Source: Macrostomum lignano (taxonomy: Eukaryota). From it: a DNA stretch of 64,000 bases. The notes beneath the pieces were generated by a model. The model saw only the letters and a program-made list of their open reading frames with translations. It had not been told where the DNA came from and did not search any database. The translations under genes and the position numbers were made by a program. The stretch is taken from NCBI GenBank assembly GCA_002269645.1, contig NIVC01002257.1, positions 1-64,000 on the forward strand, in the 5' to 3' direction. Below are positions 1 through 22,900 of this stretch, in pieces (the first letter of the stretch is position 1; every line of letters starts with the position of its first letter).

Positions 1-380
1 GGTAATAGAAGTTAATTTTGATAAGTCCAGTCCTCCAGTACTTGATAACTAAATTATAATAAATTATGATAAATTATGATTAACTTATAACTAAATTGAG
101 ATATAGAATTTATTTTTTGATTTTGTTACTTTGAAGATTTATGATGATTTCTTTGAAATTGTGTTCAAGTAGTTTGTATAATGGTTTTACCCACAAGTAA
201 CAATAAACAAAATACTATTGAAAGATGTTTCAAATTTCAAGATACATGATTTGCTTATTAAAGACCTACATATATGTGAATTATTATAAGTAAAATTGGA
301 TAATTATTTATTTATATATGTTGCAGCCAATTAACACATTGATTTGACTGTAAATCTATATTCATTTAGTACAGTCAGAC

Positions 381-11836
<11,456 letters not shown>

Positions 11837-11999
11837 CCATTATGACCTGTCATACATTTTTGTAGCTCAATAATAACCGGATCTATTGCCGATTGTTAAG
11901 TGATCGCTTGTAGGCTGCGAACCAAATTTTGTGTAAACTTAAACTTGATAAACTGCTTTTAGTAATTACTTTGCTGCATCCCTGGAATCGCCACTAGGC

Positions 12000-14190
12000 C
12001 ACCTCAGGAATCGCCTCCCAGTTCTCCTGGAAAATAGCCTCCAATTCTCCCAAAAAAACGCCCCCAATTCTCCTAGGAAATCGCCTCAAGTTTTCCTGGA
12101 AAATTTTCTCCCATGCCCAGGAAATCGCCCCCAATTCTCCCAGGAAATCGCCCCCAATTCTCCCAGGAAATCGCCTCCAATTCTCCCAGGAAATCGCCTC
12201 CAATTCTCCCAGGAAATCGCCCCCAATTCTCCCAGGAAATCGCCCCCAATTCTCCCAGGAAATCGCCCCAATTCTCCCAGGAAATCGCCCCCAATTCTCC
12301 CAGGAAATCGCCCCCAATTCTCCCAGGAAATCGCCCCCAATTCTCCCAGGAAATCGCCCCCAATTCTCCCAGGAAATCGCCCCCAATTCTCCCAGGAAAT
12401 CGCCCCCAATTCTCCCAGGAAATCGCCCCCAATTCTCCCAGGAAATCGCCCCCAATTCTCCCAGGAAATCGCCCCCAATTCTCCCCAGGATATCGCCCCC
12501 AATTCTCCCCAGGAAATCGCCCCAATTCTCCCCAGGAAATCGCCCCCAATTCTCCCAGGATATCGCCCCCAATTCTCCCCAGGAAATCGCCCCCAATTCT
12601 CCCAGGAAATCGCCCCAATTCTCCCAGGAAATCGCCCCCAATTCTCCCCAGGAAATCGCCCCCAATTCTCCCCAGGAAATCGCCCCCAATTCTCCAGGAA
12701 ATCGCCCCAATTCTCCCAGGAAATCGCCCCCAATTCTCCCAGGAAATCGCCTCCAATTGTCCCAGGAAATCGCCCCCAATTCTCCCAGGAAATCGCCTCC
12801 AATTCTCCCCAGGATATCGCCCCCAATTCTCCCCAGGAAATCGCCCCCAATTCTCCCAGGATATCGCCCCCAATTCTCCCTAGAAATCGCCCCCAATTCT
12901 CCCCAGGAAATCGCCCCCAATTCTCCCAGGAAATCGCCCCCAATTCTCCCAGGATATCGCCCCCAATTCTCCCAGGAAATCGCCCCCAATTCTCCCAGGA
13001 AATCGCCCCCAATTCTCCCAGGAAATCGCCCCCAATTCTCCCCAGGAAATCGCCCCCAATTCTCCCCAGGAAATCGCCCCCAATTCTCCCAGGAAATCGC
13101 CCCCAATTCTCCCCAGGAAATCGCCCCCAATTCTCCCAGGAAATCGCCTCCAATTGTCCCAGGAAATCGCCCCCAATTCTCCCAGGAAATCGCCTCCAAT
13201 TCTCCCCAGGATATCGCCCCCAATTCTCCCCAGGAAATCGCCCCCAATTCTCCCAGGATATCGCCCCCAATTCTCCCTAGAAATCGCCCCCGATTCTCCC
13301 CAGGAAATCGCCCCCAATTCTCCCAGGAAATCGCCCCCAATTCTCCCAGGAAATCGCCCCCAATTCTCCCAGGATATCGCCCCAATTCTCCCCAGGAAAT
13401 CGCCCCCAATTCTCCCCAGGAAATCGCCCCCAATTCTCCCAGGAAATCGCCCCCAATTCTCCCAGGAAATCGCCTCCAATTCTCCAGGAAATCGCCTCCA
13501 ATTCTCCCAGGAAATCGCCCCCAATTCTCCCAGGAAATCGCCCCCAATTCTCCCAGGAAATCGCCTCCAATTCTCCCAGGAAATCGCCCCCAATTCTCCC
13601 AGGAAATCGCCCCCAATTCTCCCAGGAAATCGCCCCCAATTCTCCCCAGGAAATCGCCCCCAATTCTCCTAGGAAATCGCCCCCAATTCTCCCCAGGAAA
13701 TCGCCCCCAATTCTCCCAGGAAATCGCCTCCAATTCTCCCAGGAAATCGCCCCCAATTCTCCCCAGGAAATCGCCCCCAATTCTCCCAGGAAATCGCCCC
13801 CAATTCTCCCAGGAAATCGCCTCCAATTCTCCCAGGAAATCGCCCCCAATTCTCCCAGGAAATCGCCTCCAATTCTCCCAGGAAATCGCCTCCAATTCTC
13901 CCAGGAAATCGCCCCCAATTCTCCCAGGAAATCGCCCCCAATTCTCCCAGGAAATCGCCCCCAATTCTCCCCAGGAAATCGCCCCCAATTCTCCTAGGAA
14001 ATCGCCCCCAATTCTCCCAGGAAATCGCCCCCAATTCTCCAGGAAATCGCCCCAATTCTCCCAGGAAATCGCCCCCAATTCTCCCAGGAAATCGCCCCCA
14101 ATTCTCCCAGGAAATCGCCCCCAATTCTCCCAGGAAATCGCCCCCAATTCTCCCCAGGAAATCGCCCCCAATTCTCCCAGGAAATCGCCT
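12000..14190. repeat. 23-bp minisatellite (AGGAAATCGCCCCCAATTCTCCC)n downstream of PTEN
   Basis: Period 23 (12301 and 12324) with C-run length variants. Confidence 0.97.
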
Positions 14191-14649
14191 CCACACTGCG
14201 CTGACCCGAAAATCGCATATCGCCTATTATATATTGAATCTGTTCCCAGAGCAGAGTCTACATGTGGACAAAGCTATAAGATGCCAGTTTTTAACCTTCC
14301 CTGTATCGCCCAGCTCTACCTGCTTTCCGTGGCTCAAAAAACTCAGACTATAATATATGATCTCGTTTATATTGTAATGTTGCATTTTTTGCGTGCGCTT
14401 AATCTGTCTCTGGTATGATGTCAAATCTGCGTTGACCCATCGGCCATTATATATATATATGTGTATTTTTATTAGCTTTCATTGAATTCGCCTTCTTGAT
14501 TGCCTGCCTATTTTATAGAAATTTATTCATTTGATTCGCATTCACTTTAACTGTGCTTGTTGTACTAATTTGAAAACTTTTAGTCATGTTGCTTGCTACT
14601 TTCAACCAGCCTTATCCCGCTTTCTTGGACTCGATACTCACCTTAAATA

Positions 14650-15680
14650 TCCTTAGTTGCTGGGCCAGCCTCCCAGTTGCTAAGACAACCCTCCCAGATC
14701 CTCAGTTGCTGGACCAGCCTCCCAGATCCTCAGTTGCTGGACCAGCTTCCCAGATCCTCAGTTGCTGGGCCAGCCTCCCAGATCCTCAGTTGCTGGACCA
14801 GCCTCCCAGATCCTCGTTGCTGGGCCAGCCTCCCAGATCCTTAGTTGCTGGGCCAGCATCCCAGATCCTCAGTTGCTGGGCCAGCCTCCCAGATTCTCAG
14901 TTGCTGGGCCAGCCTCCCAGATCCTCAGTTTCTGGGCCAGCATCCCAGATCCTCAGTTGCTGGGCCAGCCTCCCAGATCCTCAGTTGCTGGGCCAGCCTC
15001 CCAGATCCTCAGTTGCTGGGCCAGCCTCCCAGATCCTCAGCTGCTGGGCCAGCATCCCAGATCCTCACTTGCTGGGCCAGCCTCCCAGATCCTCAGTTTC
15101 TGGGCCAGCCTCCCAGATCCTCAGTTTCTGGGCCAGCCTCCCAGATCCTCAGCTGCTGGGCCAGCCTCCCAGATCCTCAGTTTCTGGGCCAGCCTCCCAG
15201 ATCCTCAGCTGCTGGGCCAGCATCCCAGATCCTCAGTTGCTGGGCCAGACTCCCAGATCCTCAGTTGCTGGGCCAGCCTCCCAGATCCTCAGTTGCTGGG
15301 CCAGCCTCCCAAATGCTCAGTTTCTGGGCCAGCCTCCCAGATCCTCAGCTGCTGGGCCAGCATCCCAGATCCTCACTTGCTGGGCCAGCCTCCCAGATCC
15401 TCAGTTGCTGGGCCAGCCTCCCAGATCCTCAGTTGCTGGGCCAGCCTCCCAGATCCTCAGTTTCTGGGCCAGCCTCCCAGATCTTCAGTTGCTGGGCCAG
15501 CCTCCCAGCTCCTCAGTTGCTGGGCCAGCCTCCCAGATCCTCAGTTGCTGGGCCAGCCTCCCAGATCCTCAGTTGCTGGGCCAGCCTCCCAGATCCTCAG
15601 TTGCTGGGCCAGCCTCCCAGATCCTCAGTTGCTGGGCCAGCCTCCCAGATCCTCAGTTGCTGGGCCAGCATCCCAAATGC
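14650..15680. repeat. 28-bp minisatellite (CAGTTGCTGGGCCAGCCTCCCAGATCCT)n
   Basis: Period 28 (15541 and 15569). Confidence 0.97.
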
Positions 15681-16369
15681 TCAGTTCAGACTGCTCTTCC
15701 ACAAACAATCATATCTAAAAAACCTGCATGTATTTCCTCCATACAATTTTCAGGAAGATTCGGTCAGCCGTATCCCATATTTTTGTTTCTGTTTTTAATA
15801 CCATCCGAGCATCGAAGTTTAGCCCTCAAAGCTGCCTCTCCGCTTATTTTTTGTATCCCTCACCTCCCAAGTTAATCGAGCTTAGGCAGCGGCTTGTCTC
15901 TCAGAGTTTCTTATTATTCCTAATTTTTAGTCGCCATTTCCGCTACAGCCTACTTAGTGCCAGTAGCTTGCATGCATATTGCAAATTTGTTCTATTTTCA
16001 CGTCGATATACTGTAGGGAGCCGATTATATATTTGCTTTGCACATATGCGAATGTGTCAGCGATTTTGTTGGTTTTTCAATCTTAGTGTTGTTTAGTGTA
16101 AATTTCTCAAGCGCGACGTTTACTGTTTTTGAGCTTCTTATATTGTCCTGCCCCGTTTAAATTCAGTGTGCTCTACTTTTGTTGAATCCTTGATTACCTT
16201 ATCTGACCAAGTGTTCAGGATTTGTACGGAAATATATAAATCTGTATCCATATTGTTGCTTGTATTTCTTATTTACTGACACGTTTATTGATCCAAAACC
16301 TCATTGTCTCCCTTACAATTTAATTATTTGCATCCTTCTGCCTTCCATAATGTCCTTCTGTTTGTTTAA

Positions 16370-17960
16370 CATCTGTGGGATCTATCTACCTTCTGTGAGA
16401 TCTATCTACCTCCTGTGAGATCTATCTACCTCCTGTGAGATCTATCTACCTCCTGTGAGATCTATCTACCTCCTGTGAGATCTATCTGAATCCTGTGAGA
16501 TCTATCTACCTCCTGTGAGATCTATCTACCTCCTGTGAGATCTATCTACCTCCTGTGAGATCTATCTGAATCCTGTGAGATCTATCTACCTCCTGTGAGA
16601 TCTATCTACCTCCTGTGAGATCTATCTACCTCCTGTGAGATCTATCTGACTCCTGTGAGATCTATCTACCTCCTGTGAGATCTATCTACCTCCTGTGAGA
16701 TCTATCTACCTCCTGTGAGATCTATCTACTTTATATGAGATCTTTCTACCTCCTGTGAGATCTATCTACCTCCTGTGAGATCTATCTGAATCCTGTGAGA
16801 TCTATCTACCTCCTGTGAGATCTATCTGACTCCTGTGAGATCTATCTGACTCCTGTGAGATCTATCTGACTCCTGTGAGATCTATCTGACTCCTGTGAGA
16901 TCTATCTACCTCCTGTGAGATCTATCTACCTCCTGTGAGATCTATCTACTTTATGTGAGATCTATCTACCTCCTGTGAGATCTATCTGACTCCTGTGAGA
17001 TCTATCTACCTCCTGTGAGATCTATCTACCTTCTGTGAGATCTATCTACCTCCTGTGAGATCTATCTACCTCCTGTGAGATCTATCTACCTCCTGTGAGA
17101 TCTATCTACCTCCTGTGAGATCTATCTGAATCCTGTGAGATCTATCTACCTCCTGTGAGATCTATCTACCTCCTGTGAGATCTATCTACCTCCTGTGAGA
17201 TCTATCTACCTCCTGTGAGATCTATCTGACTCCTGTGAGATCTATCTACCTCCTGTGAGATCTATCTACCTCCTGTGAGATCTATCTACCTCTTGTGAGA
17301 TCTATCTACCTCCTGTGAGATCTATCTACTTTATATGAGATCTTTCTACCTCCTGTGAGATCTATCTACCTCCTGTGAGATCTATCTACTTTATATGAGA
17401 TCTATCTACCTCCTGTGAGATCTATCTACTTTATGTGAGATCTATCTACCTCCTGTGAGATCTATCTGACTCCTGTGAGATCTATCTACCTCCTGTGAGA
17501 TCTATCTACCTCCTGTGAGATCTATCTACTTTCTGTGAGATCTATCTACCTCCTGTAGGGATCTATCTACCTCATGTGAGTTCTATCTGACTCCTGTGAG
17601 ATCTATCTACCTCCTGTGAGATCTATCTGACTCCTGTGAGATCTATCTACCTCCTGTGAGATCTATCTACCTCCTGTGAGATCTATCTACTTTATGTGAG
17701 ATCTATCTACCTCCTGTAGGGATCTATCTACCTCATGTGAGTTCTATCTGACTCCTGTGAGTTCTATCTGACTCCTGTGAGATCTATCTACCTCCTGTGA
17801 GATCTATCTACTTTATGTGAGATCTATCTAACTCCTTTGAGATCTATCTACCTTCTGTGAGATCTATGTACCTTCTTTGAGATCTATCTACCTCCTGAGA
17901 GATCTATCTACCTCCTGAGAGATCTATCTACCTCCTGTGAGCTCTATGTACCTTCTGAGA
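16370..17960. repeat. 20-bp minisatellite (GAGATCTATCTACCTCCTGT)n
   Basis: Columns align at period 20 across the listing. Confidence 0.98.
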
Positions 17961-18471
17961 GATCTACAGAAGGTCTACAGATCTACAGATCTACAGATTT
18001 ACATCCTGTGAGATCTCTCTACCTTCTGTGGTATGTATCTACCCTCTGGGATCTGTCTACTTTCTGTGTGATTTATCTACTTTCTCTGGTATCTATTCAA
18101 CTGTATACCTTTTCTATCTGCCATCCGTCTGCTTTAATTTTGTCATTTGACCCCAGGCGTAGTTTCCCATTTGGTTGGTTAGTAACAGTTATTAAAACTA
18201 AGTCAAAGTGCTTGAATGAGCTCAACTTCTATAAGCATACGCAATCAAATCGTTCAACTTGAATTGAAGTCTATACATGTAGTGGATCCTGACTTTACAA
18301 GTGCAATGCACAAAATTTGTGGTAAACTTACGTATACGTTATACCCCGTCTAATTGTATGTATTTTAAACGGAACTAAAAAGTATTAAGTAATTTTTCAC
18401 TGCTTGCACAGCTGCACATTTTTTTTAACAAAAATGCGTTTAAAATAAGCGTTTAGAGCCTTCAACTAGCA

Positions 18472-18553
18472 GACGAGGTGGCCGAGTGGTTATGGCGATG
18501 GACTGCTAATCCATTGGGGTTTCCCCGCGTGGGTTCGAATCCCATCCTCGTCG
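18472..18553 (+). tRNA. tRNA-Ser (anticodon GCT)
   Basis: GACGAGG/CCTCGTC acceptor stem, D arm GCCG-AGTGGTTA-TGGC, anticodon arm ATGGA-CTGCTAA-TCCAT, long variable arm GGGG-TTT-CCCC, GGTTCGAATCC T arm; closely resembles canonical animal Ser-GCT. Confidence 0.95.
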
Positions 18554-18560
18554 AGATTTA

Positions 18561-18566
18561 TTTTTT
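18561..18566 (+). terminator. RNA polymerase III terminator (T6)
   Basis: TTTTTT run a few nt after the tRNA 3' end. Confidence 0.7.
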
Positions 18567-19307
18567 CAAAAATGTTTAAATCCTAATTAAACGCTGAGCA
18601 TTGCACGGGGAACAATTTTTTTCTCTTCACAGTAGCTGCAGCAGGCTTTTATTTCGCTAAAATACAATACTTGCTGCATAATTTTATTATGCCGATATGT
18701 TGTGTAATACATGTAACTGTTATAGTTTTTTCTTCAATTTGCGCCAAACTTTAAGTTTACATATAATAACATCAAATATAAAATATCAAGCCATAAACAG
18801 CAATGACAGAATAACATAAGCAAATTTACATGTCCTTATAATGCAAGTATTTAGTTTATTGAGTTAAACGCGCTTTGCAGTTCTTCGAGTAGTAGAATGA
18901 TAAACATTTTTTATCAAGCTAAATTTTACAAAATAAAAAAACTAGCGCTGAATATTCTAAGCGAAAAACTAGTTTTTTGAATTTTTGGTAGAACTCAAAA
19001 TGCACTGACCGAAGGCTGGTTTCATGTTTGTTGCACTGTGTAAGTATAAACTTATATTTGTTTTGATGATTATTCACTAAGCGAATCGGCAATGAAACGA
19101 CAGTTAAAAATATATATTTGCGCAACAATATGCTCCCAGTGTGACTATTGAATCGAATTCCACGCAACCCACACAGGGAACACATAATATGACGGAAATT
19201 GTTAGCCCGAGGAAGCAAAAACAACCATACAACGCAAGAATCAATGTTCAATTTCTGTACAGGTCCTTTAATACTTTAAACTTTCCTTAATATCTTTGTT
19301 ACTATGG

Positions 19308-19906
19308 CCTCTAGTTGCTATGCGGATTCTAGGGCTCTAGCTGCTATGCGGATTCTAAGGCTCCAGTTGCTATGCGGATTCTAGGGCTCTAGTTGCTTTG
19401 CGGATTCTAGGGTTCTAGTTGCTATGCGTATTGCTCAGTTGCTATGCGAATTGCTCAGTTGCTATGCGAATTTCTCAGTTGCTATGCGGATTCTAGGGCT
19501 ACAGTTGCTATGCGGATTCTAGGGCTCTAGTTAATATGCGGATTCTAGGGCTCTAGTTGCTATGCGGATTCTAGTTGCTATGCGGATTCTAGGGCTCTAG
19601 CTGCTATGCGGATTCTAAGGCTCCAGTTGCTATGCGGATTCTAGGGCTCTAGTTGCTTTGCGGATTCTAGGGTTCTAGTTGCTTTGCGGATTCTAGGGTT
19701 CTAGTTGCTATGCGTATTGCTCAGTTGCTATGCGAATTGCTCAGTTGCTATGCGAATTTCTCAGTTGCTATGCGGATTCTAGGGCTACAGTTGCTATGCG
19801 GATTCTAGGGCTCTAGTTAATATGCGGATTCTAGGGCTCTAGTTGCTATGCGGATTCTAGGGCTCTAGTTGCTATGCGGATTGCTTTAGTTGCTATGCGG
19901 ATTCTA
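19308..19906. repeat. 26-bp minisatellite (CTAGTTGCTATGCGGATTCTAGGGCT)n with a ~260-bp block duplication
   Basis: Variant CTGCTATGCGGATTCTAAGG recurs at 19341 and 19601. Confidence 0.95.
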
Positions 19907-19940
19907 CCGTAAGTGAGAGATTGGTGAAGAGATGCTTCAG

Positions 19941-22900
19941 TCAACCAAGTCCGGCCTGCACAGTGTCCAGATCGCGAGCCAGAACGTTGGTCAGGCGGAC
20001 CAGCTCGCCAACGGAGCGATGCTGCCCAGCCAGGTGAGTCATCACGGCATCGAGACTGGGGGCATCCAATAGCAGGCCGCCTGACGACGAGGCGGAGACG
20101 GCAACAGGCGCCGAGCCGCCGCCGGCGGAGTCCCGATCGGCCGGGCGGACGCCGAGTTTCACCTGGCTGGCGAGCTCGCGCAGCCGGCCAGTGGGCAGCT
20201 GGGTGAGCAGTTGCTCAACAGCGGACCGGAGCTGCTCCTCCCTGGGCAGCAGAGTCTGGCCCGGCCGCCTGGCCGACTCCTGGCGGCACAGCAGGCGGAC
20301 GGCCCGGCGGCCGAGCTCCAGCTGGCGGCGCTTGGCCGCGTCCAGGCGAGCGGACGAGGCCGCCTGTTCAACCCGCAGCCGTTCGCAACGGGCTGCCAGG
20401 GTCCCTAGCAACCGTTGCTGGGCCTGGCACTGGGCTCGCTGTGCGGACATTCGGGCCTGCGCCTGCTCCAGGCCGACCAGAGGCACCGGAAGGAGCGACT
20501 CCGGGTCGGGGTTCTCGCGCCTGGCCTGCTGCCACACCATCAGCGGTACGCCGGCCGCTGGACGGTCCAGGTACTGCGTCAGCTGGTCCCGGCTGGGCCG
20601 CGTCTGCAGCGATGGGGGCGGGTTAGGCTTAGGTTAGGGACAGGCGCTGTCAGGGGCGGGCATGAAGCGACTCTTGGAGGTTTGGAGCGATTGTCAGGGG
20701 TTTGAAGCGACTGCCAGGAGTTTGAAGCGATTGTCAGGAGTTTGAAGCGATTTTCAGGGGTTTGAATGCGATTGTCAGGAGTTTGGAGCGATTGTCAGGA
20801 GTTTGAATGCGATTGTCAGGGGTTTGAAGCGATTGCCAGGAGTTTGAAGCGACTGCCAGGAGTTTGAAGCGATTGTCAGGAGTTTGAAGCGATTGTCAGG
20901 GGTTTGAATGCGATTGTCAGGAGTTTGGAGCGATTGTCAGGAGTTTGAATGCGATTGTCAGGGGTTTGAAGCGATTGCCAGGAGTTTGAAGCGATTGTCA
21001 GGGGTTTGAAGCGATTGTCAGGAGTTTGAAGCGATTGTCAGGGGTTTGAAGCGATTGTCAGGAGTTTGAAGCGATTGTCAGGAGTTTGGAGCGATTGTCA
21101 GGAGTTTGAATGCGATTGTCAGGGGTTTGAATGCGATTGTCAGGGGTTTGAAGTGATTGTCAGGGGTTTATAGCGATTGTCAGGGGTTTGAATGCGATTG
21201 TCAGGGGTTTGAATGCGATTGTCAGGGGTTTGAATGCGATTGTCAGGGGTTTGAATGCGATTGTCAGGGGTTTGAATGCGATTGTCAGGAGTTTGAATGC
21301 GATTGTCAGGGGTTTGAAAGCGATTGTCAGAGGTTTGAATGCGATTGTCAGGGGTTTGAATGCGATTGTCAGGGGTTTGAAGTGATTGTCAGGGGTTTGA
21401 ATGCGATTGTCAGGGGTTTGAAGTGATTGTCAGGGGTTTGAAGTGATTGTCAGGGGTTTGAAGCGATTGTCAAGGGTTTGAAGTGATTGTCAGGGGTTTA
21501 TAGCGATTGTCAGGGGTTTGACGTGATTGTCAGGGGTTTGAATGCGATTGTCAGGGGTTTAAAGCGATTGTCAAGAGTTTGAAGCGATTGTCAGGAGTTT
21601 GGAGCGATTGTCAGGAGTTTGAATGCGATTGTCAGGGGTTTGAATGCGATTGTCAGGGGTTTGAAGCGATTGTCAGGAGTTTGAAGCGATTGTCAGGAGT
21701 TTGGAGCGATTGTCAGGAGTTTGAATGCGATTGTCAGGGGTTTGAATGCGATTGTCAGGGGTTTGAAGTGATTGTCAGGGGTTTGAATGCGATTGTCAGG
21801 GGTTGGAAGCGATTGTCAAGGGTTTGAAGTGATTGTCGGGGGTTTGAAGCGATTGTCAGGGGTTTGAATGCGATTGTCAGGGGTTTGAAAGCGATTGTCA
21901 GAGGTTTGAATGCGATTGTCAGGGGTTTGAATGCGATTGTCAGGGGTTTGAAGTGATTGTCAGGGGTTTGAATGCGATTGTCAGGGGTTTGAAGTGATTG
22001 TCAGGGGTTTGAAGTGATTGTCAGGGGTTTGAAGCGATTGTCAAGGGTTTGAAGTGATTGTCAGGGGTTTATAGCGATTGTCAGGGGTTTGAAGTGATTG
22101 TCAGGGGTTTGAAGTGATTGTCAGGGGTTTGAAGCGATTGTCAAGGGTTTGAAGTGATTGTCAGGGGTTTATAGCGATTGTCAGGGGTTTGAATGCGATT
22201 GTCAGGAGTTTGAATGCGATTGTCAGGGGTTTGAAAGCGATTGTCAGAGGTTTGAATGCGATTGTCAGGGGTTTGAATGCGATTGTCAGGGGTTTGAAGT
22301 GATTGTCAGGGGTTTGAATGCGATTGTCAGGGGTTTGAAGTGATTGTCAGGGGTTTGAAGTGATTGTCAGGGGTTTGAAGCGATTGTCAAGGGTTTGAAG
22401 TGATTGTCAGGGGTTTATAGCGATTGTCAGGGGTTTGACGTGATTGTCAGGGGTTTGAATGCGATTGTCAGGGGTTTAAAGCGATTGTCAAGAGTTTGAA
22501 GCGATTGTCAGGAGTTTGGAGCGATTGTCAGGAGTTTGAATGCGATTGTCAGGGGTTTGAATGCGATTGTCAGGGGTTTGAAGCGATTGTCAGGAGTTTG
22601 AAGCGATTGTCAGGAGTTTGGAGCGATTGTCAGGAGTTTGAATGCGATTGTCAGGGGTTTGAATGCGATTGTCAGGGGTTTGAAGTGATTGTCAGGGGTT
22701 TGAATGCGATTGTCAGGGGTTGGAAGCGATTGTCAAGGGTTTGAAGTGATTGTCGGGGGTTTGAAGCGATTGTCAGGGGTTTGAATGCGATTGTCAGGGG
22801 TTTGAAAGCGATTGTCAGAGGTTTGAATGCGATTGTCAGGGGTTTGAATGCGATTGTCAGGGGTTTGAAGTGATTGTCAGGGGTTTGAATGCGATTGTCA

